Of a stretch of DNA of 64,000 bases, positions 10,106 through 19,352 are shown piece after piece (within the stretch, counting starts at the first letter, position 1; each line of letters begins with the position of its first letter). The notes under the pieces are model-generated. The model was not told where the DNA came from, did not search any database, and saw only the letters and a program-made list of their open reading frames with translations. This stretch comes from a virus. The stretch is taken from positions 32,001 to 96,000 of the IMG/VR virus record IMGVR_UViG_3300027973_000032. One strand, written 5' to 3'. A program made the position numbers and the translations under genes.

Positions 10106-10338
10106 TAAATGAATTGAGTGGCTGGCATGTGGCCAGTATAATACCACCTGTGGATGTGACTTTCAATGGCAAATATAGATATCAAGGTTGGATGCCCTGC
10201 ATCAAATGGTGTGTGGAGACATTTGGTGGAGGTATAGGAGCCTCAGCATGGGGTCCTGGATGGCGCTTTGTAGGTGAAGGTGTATTTGAATTTCGCGATG
10301 AAAAAGACAAGACTTGGTTCCTACTGAGATGGGGTTGA
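10102..10338 (+). CDS. Small protein, F-x-L-x-W C-terminal family
   Basis: KWCVETFG, ends FRDEKDKTWFLLRWG. Confidence 0.7.
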   Translation: MINELSGWHVASIIPPVDVTFNGKYRYQGWMPCIKWCVETFGGGIGASAWGPGWRFVGEGVFEFRDEKDKTWFLLRWG

Positions 10339-10339
10339 C

Positions 10340-10558
10340 ATGCCCACAGTGACTCTGCATAATAAAACATCTTTTGAAATTAGCCAAATTGTACACGAAC
10401 TAAAACATAAGGGATTAATTGCCAATGAACATTATGAATATAAATTCTTCCCTGCTCATTGGGAACAAGAACCCCCACATAGACAATACGACAAAAAGAC
10501 TGAATTCACTTTTAAAGAAGAAAAATACGCAACTTGGTTATTGCTAAAATACTCATGA
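10340..10558 (+). CDS. Small protein, F-x-L-x-W C-terminal family
   Basis: Ends FKEEKYATWLLLKYS. Confidence 0.7.
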   Translation: MPTVTLHNKTSFEISQIVHELKHKGLIANEHYEYKFFPAHWEQEPPHRQYDKKTEFTFKEEKYATWLLLKYS

Positions 10559-10776
10559 GCAAGACTGACAATTGGCATTCCGTGATCACTGACAAGAAAG
10601 ATCATTGGCAGACTATTGAATGGTGTACTAAACAGTTTGGTCAACGATGGAGTGCTGTGGATAATCGAGATGGCGTATGGTGTTGCTTTTGGGCTGGACG
10701 AGAACAATTTAGTTCATATATTTGGCATTTCGAACATGACCGTGATGCCATATGGTTTAAACTGAGGTGGCTATGA
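10555..10776 (+). CDS. Small protein, F-x-L-x-W C-terminal family
   Basis: EWCTKQFG, ends FEHDRDAIWFKLRWL. Confidence 0.7.
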   Translation: MSKTDNWHSVITDKKDHWQTIEWCTKQFGQRWSAVDNRDGVWCCFWAGREQFSSYIWHFEHDRDAIWFKLRWL

Positions 10777-11084
10777 AATTTAGAATTGATAGAACAGATA
10801 GAAGACATACTGGACACGAAGAATTTAAATGGTGCATAAAGGCCTATGGTGATTGGCGTAATCATAACCAAATTGACAAACTGTCCAGCTTGTTTGAACT
10901 GAGAGAATGGGCGTGGACTACTTGGGGACCTAGTTGCGAACGTGACTTCTGGCTCCATATCCTGCGATACAACCCTGATTGTGCGTTAAATACTCACTGG
11001 TGCTGGCATACAGAATATAAAGAAACTAAACTGTACCTTCGCACCGACAAAGAAGCCAATTGGTTTAAACTGAGATGGCAATAA
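10773..11084 (+). CDS. Small protein, F-x-L-x-W C-terminal family
   Basis: EWAWTTWG, ends DKEANWFKLRWQ. Confidence 0.7.
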   Translation: MKFRIDRTDRRHTGHEEFKWCIKAYGDWRNHNQIDKLSSLFELREWAWTTWGPSCERDFWLHILRYNPDCALNTHWCWHTEYKETKLYLRTDKEANWFKLRWQ

Positions 11085-11094
11085 AGGAAAAAAT

Positions 11095-11379
11095 ATGTTA
11101 GACAAAGTCAAAGCCTTTTGGCGTAATAGTTATACTTCAGATAGAACTGCTTTCTATTTGGAAATGATGGCATCAATCTTCGTTGTGGGAACTACTAGCA
11201 GCATTGCTTGGTTCGCCCAACACCCACCCATGCATTTGATTTATCCTGTGAGCTTTTTGGGTGCCTGCTTTAGTATCGCCGCATACTGGCGTAGACAACT
11301 AGCTTGGCCATTCTTGCTTACTTGCTACTTTGCTTGCATCCACATATTTGGATTCACTCGCGCTATGGGATGGATCTAA
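11095..11379 (+). CDS. Small membrane protein
   Basis: AAGGA SD; about three hydrophobic segments. Confidence 0.7.
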   Translation: MLDKVKAFWRNSYTSDRTAFYLEMMASIFVVGTTSSIAWFAQHPPMHLIYPVSFLGACFSIAAYWRRQLAWPFLLTCYFACIHIFGFTRAMGWI

Positions 11380-12161
11380 TGGCCAGTATATTTAAATTCC
11401 CAGAGGAAATGGATCGTCAGGAGTTTGTTAAACTGATTCCTAAACCTGCTCGTATCTTAGAGATTGGACCATACAACAATCCAGGACTGAGTAAGGCTAA
11501 CTACCCCAATCTCAAGTACATGGATATCTTTACCAGCGAACAGATCAGTCTTGATCAGACTCGCTATACGCATACAGTAGAAATCCCTAGCATTGACATC
11601 ATTGCTGATCCCAAAGCCACGCCAACATTTAGCACAGACTTAAAGTTTGATTTTATCTTCAGTGCCCATAACATTGAACACTACCCAGACATTATCACAC
11701 ACTTAAAAGAAGCTGCTACATTGGCTGCTAGCCCCAATACCAAATACTTTTTGGCTGTGCCAGATCGTAGATACTGCTTTGATTACTATCAACAAGAAAG
11801 CTGTTTCAGTGATATGATAACTGCTTTTCAATTAGGCCTTAAAACTCACACAGCAGCTTCATATATCAAACACAGACTATATTCCACACATAACAATATT
11901 TGGGCACATTGGATGGGCGATCACGGTGAAGATCCAAGAGCCAAAGATACTGATCTGTTAGAAATAGAAAGGGCCACAATACGAGCACTAGATCCTAAAA
12001 CTGATTTTGCCGATGTTCATGCTTGGGTATTTACAAATGAAAGTTTTCAACGTACAATTAATACACTTTATGATTTGAAGTTGCAGCCTTGGCATGTGGA
12101 TATTGTGTCCAAACCCAAGGAAATGACTCCAGAATTTTATGCAGTTATGAGTTTAAAATGA
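11379..12161 (+). CDS. Class I SAM-dependent methyltransferase
   Basis: ILEIGP, FDFIFSAHNIEHYPD, LAVPDRRYCFD. Confidence 0.75.
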   Translation: MASIFKFPEEMDRQEFVKLIPKPARILEIGPYNNPGLSKANYPNLKYMDIFTSEQISLDQTRYTHTVEIPSIDIIADPKATPTFSTDLKFDFIFSAHNIEHYPDIITHLKEAATLAASPNTKYFLAVPDRRYCFDYYQQESCFSDMITAFQLGLKTHTAASYIKHRLYSTHNNIWAHWMGDHGEDPRAKDTDLLEIERATIRALDPKTDFADVHAWVFTNESFQRTINTLYDLKLQPWHVDIVSKPKEMTPEFYAVMSLK

Positions 12162-12535
12162 TCAACCAAATTTCATCAAATACACACTATCTTCACGTGA
12201 ATCTTTCTGGATCAAACGGCCCACACATCAGCCCTGGTAGTAGTGGTGCAGGTCAAGTACGTTATAACCCTAGCATGAATAGACTAGAAGTCAATGACGG
12301 TGCTGTTTGGTTAGAACTAAGAAACCCAAACGTTGAACTATCATTGAGCACACAGGCCAAAAAGGCCATCGACTGGGCATTACGTAAAATGGAAGTAGAA
12401 ACTGAACGTGAACGTCGTGCTCAAGACAACCCTGCCCTACAAAAAGCACTAGAAGCTGTTCGTCGTGCTGAAGAACAATACGAATTGATTGACCAACTTG
12501 TGGGCAAAGACAGTGTCGACTACCACCGAGTCTAA
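12158..12535 (+). CDS. Hypothetical protein
   Basis: GQVRYN..LEVNDG..W and NPALQKAL motifs; coupled start. Confidence 0.7.
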   Translation: MINQISSNTHYLHVNLSGSNGPHISPGSSGAGQVRYNPSMNRLEVNDGAVWLELRNPNVELSLSTQAKKAIDWALRKMEVETERERRAQDNPALQKALEAVRRAEEQYELIDQLVGKDSVDYHRV

Positions 12536-12788
12536 CATCAAATGTATTGTACATAGAATTACCTTGGGCGATGTAGACGATCCAGAAATCTACATTGCCC
12601 TTCCTTTATACGATTGGCAAAATAGCGAAGAAGGTAATTGGATAATGGCACACTCAGTAGAAACTCCTTACTGGAAGGCCAGTCTATTTCCAATTACTGC
12701 ATACGGCATACAATACGACATTGTGGCTGTGTTCACTCCCAAAGATCATACGTTCTGGATGCTCAAATGGGGCGCAGATAAGCGTTGA
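12489..12788 (+). CDS. Hypothetical protein, F-x-L-x-W-related C-terminus
   Basis: GDVDDPEIY, ends TFWMLKWG; start uncertain. Confidence 0.65.
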   Translation: MTNLWAKTVSTTTESNIKCIVHRITLGDVDDPEIYIALPLYDWQNSEEGNWIMAHSVETPYWKASLFPITAYGIQYDIVAVFTPKDHTFWMLKWGADKR

Positions 12789-12813
12789 CAACGGACTCCT
12801 AATCGTGTATAAT
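12785..12813 (+). promoter_or_regulatory. Consensus sigma70 promoter
   Basis: TTGACA-17-TATAAT exact. Confidence 0.8.
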
Positions 12814-12837
12814 ACATGCTCAACTTAGGAGTTTACC

Positions 12838-13053
12838 ATGACTGATGAAAAGACCGTTGACCGCTTTGATCTTGAACAGGGCATCCAACAGTGTTGGGGC
12901 ATTACTGACGACATCATGTTACTACTTGAACAAGAAGCTGGCCCAGATGATTTTGCCAACTTGGCTAGTTTCTATAACTTTAAATTCGAAAAGCTTTGGA
13001 AGACTTTTGAAGCTATGGTTGCCACTAAACAATTTGTCGAGACTCAGCAATGA
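12838..13053 (+). CDS. Hypothetical protein
   Basis: AGGAG SD; directly after promoter. Confidence 0.7.
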   Translation: MTDEKTVDRFDLEQGIQQCWGITDDIMLLLEQEAGPDDFANLASFYNFKFEKLWKTFEAMVATKQFVETQQ

Positions 13054-13210
13054 TTATTGAATTAGATCGCGAAACCATTAGTGACGAACTCTACAACAAA
13101 CTGCTCCAACACTTTGTTAACAAGGCTGTGGAGCAGGGCGTATTCGTAACCAAACACACCAAGTTTGAAGACTGGGTATTAACTGCTCGCGTAGAGTCAT
13201 TGGTTCATTA

Positions 13211-13441
13211 ATGTTAAACAACATACTAAAGTGGACTGCCTGTGTCCTATGTTGCTTAGGCGCATTGGGCACCAGTCTACAAAAACTTGACATACTGGCT
13301 GCTAGTTCACTGAACTTAGTTTGCTTAACTGTGAGTGCTGTACTCTATTTGACATGGAGCATACGCATTCGTGAACTTAATTTGATCATAGTGAACGCTA
13401 TGGTACTAGTATGTTGGGGCATAGGACTCATACCAAAATGA
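13211..13441 (+). CDS. Small membrane protein
   Basis: Three hydrophobic segments. Confidence 0.65.
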   Translation: MLNNILKWTACVLCCLGALGTSLQKLDILAASSLNLVCLTVSAVLYLTWSIRIRELNLIIVNAMVLVCWGIGLIPK

Positions 13442-13806
13442 GTAAGATTAGATATAGTACTAATTGGATGGGCCCAGTCAGTATGAATTGGTATGAACAA
13501 CGCGGCCTTGTTGAAACTAAAATAGTCACACTGGAAGAGGACTCTGCTTTCAGTGGACTTAAGGCTGGCGAACAATATGAGTCTCGAGAAATTACCACAC
13601 ATTATAGTTGTGGCCGTATTGATATCATGGGTACTGACGATCCCTATGGTGATGAAATAGGCGTACCTCCCATGCAGAGTGAAGACTGGGCTAGGTTTGG
13701 CGATTGGCTTGAAACTTTTGAAACTGATGCGGTTTGGACATTGGATCAACTAGTGGAACTATACGAACGAGCCAACCCTAAGATTAGGTGGGATAAAAAT
13801 GATTGA
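13438..13806 (+). CDS. Hypothetical protein
   Basis: ATGA-coupled ORF starting MSKIRY. Confidence 0.65.
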   Translation: MSKIRYSTNWMGPVSMNWYEQRGLVETKIVTLEEDSAFSGLKAGEQYESREITTHYSCGRIDIMGTDDPYGDEIGVPPMQSEDWARFGDWLETFETDAVWTLDQLVELYERANPKIRWDKND

Positions 13807-14218
13807 CTGTTTGATATTAGGTGATAGTATTGCTGTAGGCCTATACCACCATGTGGCTCCTTGTGAGTCACTGAGCAAAGGTGGCTGGAACACTTGGCAA
13901 TGGAATAGAGATTATCTCAAATATGATCTTACTGCTCAAACGGTAATCATCAGTTTAGGCAGCAATGATCATAAGTACATTCGAACACAAGAAGAACTAG
14001 AAAAGTTGAGAGCCAAAGTAAAAGCAGGCCGCGTATTTTGGATTCTACCACACGGCAATTTGCCTGCTGGCGGTGTACCTATTGAAGAAATTCAACGCAT
14101 AGTCAAAGTAATAGCTGCCTTACACGGTGACACAGTGGTGCCAATCACTCGTGTGCAATCAGATAAAATTCATCCAAGCTGGGCTGGATATAAAGAACTA
14201 GCCCGTGTTGTAAAATAA
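13799..14218 (+). CDS. SGNH/GDSL hydrolase
   Basis: GDSIA, SLGSND, DKIHPS blocks. Confidence 0.8.
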   Translation: MIDCLILGDSIAVGLYHHVAPCESLSKGGWNTWQWNRDYLKYDLTAQTVIISLGSNDHKYIRTQEELEKLRAKVKAGRVFWILPHGNLPAGGVPIEEIQRIVKVIAALHGDTVVPITRVQSDKIHPSWAGYKELARVVK

Positions 14219-14224
14219 ACACCG

Positions 14225-14253
14225 TTGACAACATCCATCTCTGATGTTATACT
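14225..14253 (+). promoter_or_regulatory. Sigma70-type promoter
   Basis: TTGACA-17-TATACT. Confidence 0.7.
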
Positions 14254-14284
14254 AATGACTTAGTAAACAGTTTGGAGTTGAATC

Positions 14285-14515
14285 GTGAACGAACTATTTG
14301 AACAACTTGCTATTGATTGTGCTGGACAATTAGAATGGGACTTTCCCAAACCTCCAGCATCTTTTACTTTCAATCGTGAAGAACTGATCAAATTCTACAA
14401 GTGTATTGTCTACGATGTTCTAAGCGAATTGACCAACGATGACTCATTAGGAAGCCCAAGGATTGACACTATTCGCCGACTGGCAGAACGATATGGTGTG
14501 GCAAACAATGAATAA
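14285..14515 (+). CDS. Small protein, MNE../FAELIVREC family (divergent)
   Basis: MNELFEQLA..KFYKCIVYDV..ERYGV. Confidence 0.6.
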   Translation: MNELFEQLAIDCAGQLEWDFPKPPASFTFNREELIKFYKCIVYDVLSELTNDDSLGSPRIDTIRRLAERYGVANNE

Positions 14516-14717
14516 AGTAATTAGAGAATTGGCTGAACAAGTATATGGTTCAGCACACTATGATGATTTCAAGTTTGCCGAGTTGATTGTTCGGGAATGT
14601 ATGAGAATGTGTGAGGTTGCTCAAGTAGGGTATCTTACACACGGACTAGAAAAAGAAGCATCGGGTGCTTTTTCTGTCAAACAATACATTGAAGAATATC
14701 TAGGAGTTGACGAATGA
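14508..14717 (+). CDS. Small protein, FAELIVREC family
   Basis: MNKVIRELAEQ..KFAELIVRECM..EYLGV. Confidence 0.7.
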   Translation: MNKVIRELAEQVYGSAHYDDFKFAELIVRECMRMCEVAQVGYLTHGLEKEASGAFSVKQYIEEYLGVDE

Positions 14718-14983
14718 ACGAACGAATTAAACTACTTGCTCTACAGGCTGGTGACTATGTTAATGAAGTATATACTCCTCCACCTGTTAGAAGCAAGACT
14801 CCTGGCAAGATTTGGGAAGATGGACATATAGATTGGCATACTCAATTTAATGAAAAATTTGCAGAGTTGATTGTGCGAGAATGTTTGGACATTGTTAATA
14901 GACACGAGTACAGTTATCATGAGGCTGATCCACTTTGGGAAACTGCACAACTGATTAAAGAACGTTTTGGAGTTGAACGATGA
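14714..14983 (+). CDS. Small protein, FAELIVREC family
   Basis: MNERIKLLALQA..KFAELIVRECL..ERFGV. Confidence 0.7.
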   Translation: MNERIKLLALQAGDYVNEVYTPPPVRSKTPGKIWEDGHIDWHTQFNEKFAELIVRECLDIVNRHEYSYHEADPLWETAQLIKERFGVER

Positions 14984-15183
14984 ACGAACTAATAGAACAT
15001 ATACACGATACTGGCATTAGCTTGCCAGAAGACCTAACCGACTATCAACTACGCATCCTATGCGAAGTCATCATTAGATACTGTGACGAACAGGTAAAAA
15101 ACAGTCTATGGGCCGAACCTGGCGATCTGTTAGATCACTTTGAACTGGATCGTCTTGACCGTGACGAGGAGGATGAACTATGA
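14980..15183 (+). CDS. Small protein, divergent FAELIVREC family
   Basis: MNELIE..LCEVIIRYC..DHFEL. Confidence 0.6.
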   Translation: MNELIEHIHDTGISLPEDLTDYQLRILCEVIIRYCDEQVKNSLWAEPGDLLDHFELDRLDRDEEDEL

Positions 15184-15300
15184 TTTGGAGCGCCCTAGTA
15201 TTTGGATTTTTCTCAGTGTTTGGCTGGAATACTGGTCAAAAGGTCTGGGATAAGTACATTGAACCTCGAACTGAAGCACACACACCAAAGGAACAAAAAG

Positions 15301-15588
15301 ATGACACAGGGAACTTGCCCCGTTTGTAACGGCACAACTCGTACACCAGCAGATGGATACTTACACACTCGAAGCCATATCTCAGGCTATGACAAAGACA
15401 CAGATACCTTCCCCTGCACAAATTGTGGCGGACAATATATGTACGGGAAACCCCGTGGCACTGTGCCTCTTCGCCCAGATGGCACACCCTGCAAGCATGA
15501 TTACACAAGCTCTAACGCAGGACGATGCCTCACTAACTACCAATGTAAATACTGCAACGACAGCTACCAAATTGACAGCGGAGACTAA
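15301..15588 (+). CDS. Cys-rich zinc-binding protein
   Basis: CPVCNG, CTNCGG, CKH, CKYC; AAGGA SD. Confidence 0.65.
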   Translation: MTQGTCPVCNGTTRTPADGYLHTRSHISGYDKDTDTFPCTNCGGQYMYGKPRGTVPLRPDGTPCKHDYTSSNAGRCLTNYQCKYCNDSYQIDSGD

Positions 15589-15778
15589 ATGAAAACAATC
15601 ATTGCACTGGCCTTGGCATTGAACTGCTTGACCTCAATGAGCATGGCCTTAGATAAAGACAAATATTGCCCAATGGGTCAACAACGAGTGCTAGTGTCAG
15701 AATGGCATCGTACTGGCACAGGGCCTTGGCAACGAACTAGCTACTGGATTTGCCAATCATAATATTTAAGGTTAATAA

Positions 15779-16072
15779 ATGAAAATAATGAGTGATACTG
15801 TACTATGCAAAGATTGTAAACATAGTTTTACACCTTGGCACGCTTGGCTTCAACCAAGTAAATATGCACTACATTGCCGAAAGACCTTGGTGGCTACCCA
15901 TACAAATATAGACCCAGTTATTGGTGAGGTTGAAGTAAAATCCCATTACCAAACTTGTCAAACAAATAGACTACGTAGCTTTAAAGACGAAACTTGTGGT
16001 CCAGATGGTCGAAACTGGGAACCAAAACGTCGTCAAGATCTTTTTAAATATATCAAACACGTGAGCACATAA
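15779..16072 (+). CDS. Cys-rich hypothetical protein
   Basis: CKDCKH..C..C..CGPDG..WEPK. Confidence 0.65.
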   Translation: MKIMSDTVLCKDCKHSFTPWHAWLQPSKYALHCRKTLVATHTNIDPVIGEVEVKSHYQTCQTNRLRSFKDETCGPDGRNWEPKRRQDLFKYIKHVST

Positions 16073-16260
16073 TGAAAATAATGATTGATCCCCAAAATGG
16101 TTGGGAATACGACTTTCCCAAAGAATACGATCCTGATCGTGATGGCACAGACTTCTTTGCTTGGCTACTAAGAGAAGGCTATCCACAACATATGATCGAC
16201 TATACTATTGAAATACACGGTGCTTTTAAATATCGTAGCTGGGTTTCAGAAAGAGACTAA
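16072..16260 (+). CDS. Hypothetical protein
   Basis: IDPQNGWEYDFPK..WL..EGYP; coupled start. Confidence 0.6.
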   Translation: MKIMIDPQNGWEYDFPKEYDPDRDGTDFFAWLLREGYPQHMIDYTIEIHGAFKYRSWVSERD

Positions 16261-16261
16261 C

Positions 16262-16633
16262 ATGGAAATTATTGAACCAATCGTCATGTGCGCCATAGTA
16301 TTCATTGTTGGTTACATACTGGGCCAACATCATGCTATAGATAATATCACAGACAAACTCATAGAAGATCCAGAAGGTTTTGTTAATCTAATAAAGAAAG
16401 CTAAAGCCGCAGACACTGAAACATTGGAACTAAGCCGAGACAAAGGCGTTATCTACTGCTTTGGATCTAACAAAGGATTCCTAGCACAGGCTGAAGATCT
16501 CGACACATTGGCCCAACGTATACGAGAAGCCCTACCCGGCAAAAGCTATCTCATCCCTGCACAGAAAGACTTTACCACAGACGAACTTTATAATTTGGCA
16601 AAACTCCTACAGAAAAACGTTGACAAAGCTTAA
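16262..16633 (+). CDS. Membrane-anchored hypothetical protein
   Basis: N-terminal hydrophobic helix; FLAQA motif. Confidence 0.6.
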   Translation: MEIIEPIVMCAIVFIVGYILGQHHAIDNITDKLIEDPEGFVNLIKKAKAADTETLELSRDKGVIYCFGSNKGFLAQAEDLDTLAQRIREALPGKSYLIPAQKDFTTDELYNLAKLLQKNVDKA

Positions 16634-16648
16634 ACAAATTAGTATAAT
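16620..16648 (+). promoter_or_regulatory. Consensus sigma70 promoter
   Basis: TTGACA-17-TATAAT exact. Confidence 0.8.
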
Positions 16649-16669
16649 TGCTACTCACAGGAGAACTTT

Positions 16670-16942
16670 ATGAAATACTTTAACCCAGAAAGCAAGACCT
16701 ACAAGGTCTTCTCAGCACTCTACAACGGCGAAACTCTCACACAGGCAGAAGCTACCAAGCGTTTCAGCGTTGGCAATCTCAGCGCAGAAGCCACACGCAT
16801 TCGTCAAAACGGCTATGCTGTATATAGCACCCGTCGTCGGGCAGGTAACGGCGTTATGGTCACCGAATACACTTTGGGCAAACCAAGTCGTGAAATCGTG
16901 GCCTTAGGTTACAAAGCCAAGAGCATGGGTATTACTCTTTGA
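16670..16942 (+). CDS. Winged helix-turn-helix DNA-binding protein
   Basis: L..GETLTQAEA..RF.V.NL.A...RIRQ.GY; basic; monocistronic with AGGAG SD. Confidence 0.65.
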   Translation: MKYFNPESKTYKVFSALYNGETLTQAEATKRFSVGNLSAEATRIRQNGYAVYSTRRRAGNGVMVTEYTLGKPSREIVALGYKAKSMGITL

Positions 16943-16964
16943 TACTTAATAAGTATTAGAGTAC

Positions 16965-16988
16965 AGGGGCGTACAGCCCCTTTTTTTT
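16965..16988 (+). terminator. Rho-independent terminator
   Basis: AGGGGC-GTACA-GCCCCT stem followed by a T tract. Confidence 0.8.
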
Positions 16989-16998
16989 AGACTAAACT

Positions 16999-17754
16999 AT
17001 GGCAATAAAAGTTTACTACCATATACACTGCACAGGCGATATTTACGGCGATCTCTTCCTCGTCGACGAACAACTTAAGGCCCTACAATGGAGCCGACTA
17101 CTATACTCAGCAGAAGTTAACTGCGTGATCACCGGCACTAATAGCTGGAACGTTTGGGAACTGGTGGATCGTACACTGGGTCGAGAACGTAAACGCTGCG
17201 TTAAAACCATTGAACGCGTGGACATTGATCACGAAGAACTCTACGAAGGACGCACACTTCAACACCTCTGGCAAGATGCCAAACCAGATGACGCCATATG
17301 CTATATACATACCAAAGGTATTAGCTACTTTATGGGTAATCGTAAGGTCAACGGCGAATTCAACGCTAGACACATTAAGGCTATCAACGGCTGGCGACTT
17401 AAAATGGAACAGAAGATTCTCACTGAATGGCCACAAAGAGTTGCTCTGCTACCACAATGCGACACACAAGGCTGCTACTTTCGACAAGATCCATTTTGGC
17501 ACTACATGGGCAACTTTTGGTGGGCTAAGGGCAGTCATATCCGTAAATTGGCTAATCCCATAGAGTACACCGCCTTACCTTATCCTGGTGAACAATACGA
17601 AGAAACTAAACCAGCTAGAATGAAATACGAACAATGGCTATTCAGCAAGGAAGGCTATCACCTAAACTTAGAACCCTACATGGACTGGCCAAAAAGACAA
17701 CCAGGCTATGCTGAAGTGTTTAATCCCTACGAAGACGACGTTAGCGAACCATGA
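16999..17754 (+). CDS. Putative glycosyltransferase-like protein, HTKG/GNFWW paralog 1
   Basis: YYHI, YEGRTL, YIHTKG, HYMGNFWWAKGSHIRKL, YEQW. Confidence 0.65.
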   Translation: MAIKVYYHIHCTGDIYGDLFLVDEQLKALQWSRLLYSAEVNCVITGTNSWNVWELVDRTLGRERKRCVKTIERVDIDHEELYEGRTLQHLWQDAKPDDAICYIHTKGISYFMGNRKVNGEFNARHIKAINGWRLKMEQKILTEWPQRVALLPQCDTQGCYFRQDPFWHYMGNFWWAKGSHIRKLANPIEYTALPYPGEQYEETKPARMKYEQWLFSKEGYHLNLEPYMDWPKRQPGYAEVFNPYEDDVSEP

Positions 17755-18590
17755 ACAAACTATTCTACCACATATACACTAGCGAACATCCCACTGTGGG
17801 ACTGATGATGATAGATCAACAGATACGCAGAATGAAATCCAGTGGCCTATACTACAACGCTGAAATGAACTGCGTGATCACAGGCCCACACTGTAAACAG
17901 GCAGAAGAATTAGTCAAACTACACGGCGGATTTCGAATCTTAGAAGTCACAGAACGAGACGATGAACAGATCTTCGAAGGACGCACACTGCGCTATCTAT
18001 ACGAACAAACACTACCAGAAGATAAAGTCTGCTACATGCACACTAAGGGCATTAGCTACATAACTGCACAGAATCGTATCAACGGCTTTATTGCTCCACG
18101 TAACGTAAGAGCAGTGAATGGCTGGCGTCATGCCATGGAATACTACTGCATAGATGAATGGCAAACTAGAACTGAACATCTAGGCGTGGCCTGCGATACT
18201 GTAGGCATTATGCTGATCTTCCACCCTTTCTACATGTACGGCGGAAACTTTTGGTGGAGCATGGGCAGTCATATACGCACACTACCACATCCCTTAGAAT
18301 GGAAGGGCAACGACTACGAACGCACAGGCGAAAACGCTGACCCAACTCCCGAACTGACCATGCTACGCATGAGACACGAACAATGGATCTTTGCACAACG
18401 AGAAGGCTATTTTATGAGCCTGTTTAACATACTGGACTTGCCCAAAGACGATGAACATCATCTTTGCAGCAGCTTCTGGCTCTACGAAGATGACCTACTA
18501 CCTCACGTGGTCAGAGAAAGAGCTCTACACAAAGGAGATGGAGCTCTACTCCAACTACTGAACTATCGCATACAACCTCCCCCTCAATAA
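17751..18590 (+). CDS. HTKG/GNFWW paralog 2
   Basis: FYHI, FEGRTL, YMHTKG, GGNFWWSMGSHIRTL, HEQW. Confidence 0.65.
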   Translation: MNKLFYHIYTSEHPTVGLMMIDQQIRRMKSSGLYYNAEMNCVITGPHCKQAEELVKLHGGFRILEVTERDDEQIFEGRTLRYLYEQTLPEDKVCYMHTKGISYITAQNRINGFIAPRNVRAVNGWRHAMEYYCIDEWQTRTEHLGVACDTVGIMLIFHPFYMYGGNFWWSMGSHIRTLPHPLEWKGNDYERTGENADPTPELTMLRMRHEQWIFAQREGYFMSLFNILDLPKDDEHHLCSSFWLYEDDLLPHVVRERALHKGDGALLQLLNYRIQPPPQ

Positions 18591-18593
18591 ACT

Positions 18594-19352
18594 ATGATTA
18601 AAATATACTACCACATTTGGACAGCAAGAAACGTCCCAGTTAATCTCTTCCTCATAGACGATCAACTGAAAAGACTACAACACACAGGCCTCACAGAAGA
18701 AGGCGAAGTCTACTGCACTATCAGTGGCAATAATCCCTACTCAGCACTGGACCTATGCAAGGCACACCCTTGGCTTAACGTACTGGAATGCGTGGAAGGT
18801 GACCCCAATATGGAGTACGAAGGGCGCACACTAAAATATCTATGGAGAGACACTCGACCAGAAGATCATGTGTTCTACTTCCATACTAAGGGACTGAGCT
18901 TTCTCAGCGGCGATAGAATATGGGGCGAACTGAATCAACAACTTAGACCACGTAATATCAAGGCACTGAGCAGCTGGCGTTTGGTCATGGAGACTGAACT
19001 ACTGGACAGCTGGATTTGGCGCAGACATCAACTTAACGAAGGTGCAGACACACTGGGCTGCTACTTCTTAGGAGATCCTTTCTATCACTACATGGGCAAC
19101 TTTTGGTGGGCCCGTGGCACACACATCCGTAAACTGCCAGATCCCTTAAACTTTGACATTGCTCCATACCCTGCTATGGCTCTAATAGAAACTAGCCCAC
19201 TTAGAATCAAATACGAACAATGGCTATTCCGCGCACCAGATAGCTACTACGTGGGCGTGAGAGACTGGCCATTCCACCTTCAAGACACTAAAGAACCTGG
19301 ATATAGCCCAGGAATAAACCCCTACGAAGATGACTACTGGGACTTGAAATGA
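18594..19352 (+). CDS. HTKG/GNFWW paralog 3
   Basis: YYHI, YEGRTL, YFHTKG, MGNFWWARGTHIRKL, YEQW. Confidence 0.65.
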   Translation: MIKIYYHIWTARNVPVNLFLIDDQLKRLQHTGLTEEGEVYCTISGNNPYSALDLCKAHPWLNVLECVEGDPNMEYEGRTLKYLWRDTRPEDHVFYFHTKGLSFLSGDRIWGELNQQLRPRNIKALSSWRLVMETELLDSWIWRRHQLNEGADTLGCYFLGDPFYHYMGNFWWARGTHIRKLPDPLNFDIAPYPAMALIETSPLRIKYEQWLFRAPDSYYVGVRDWPFHLQDTKEPGYSPGINPYEDDYWDLK

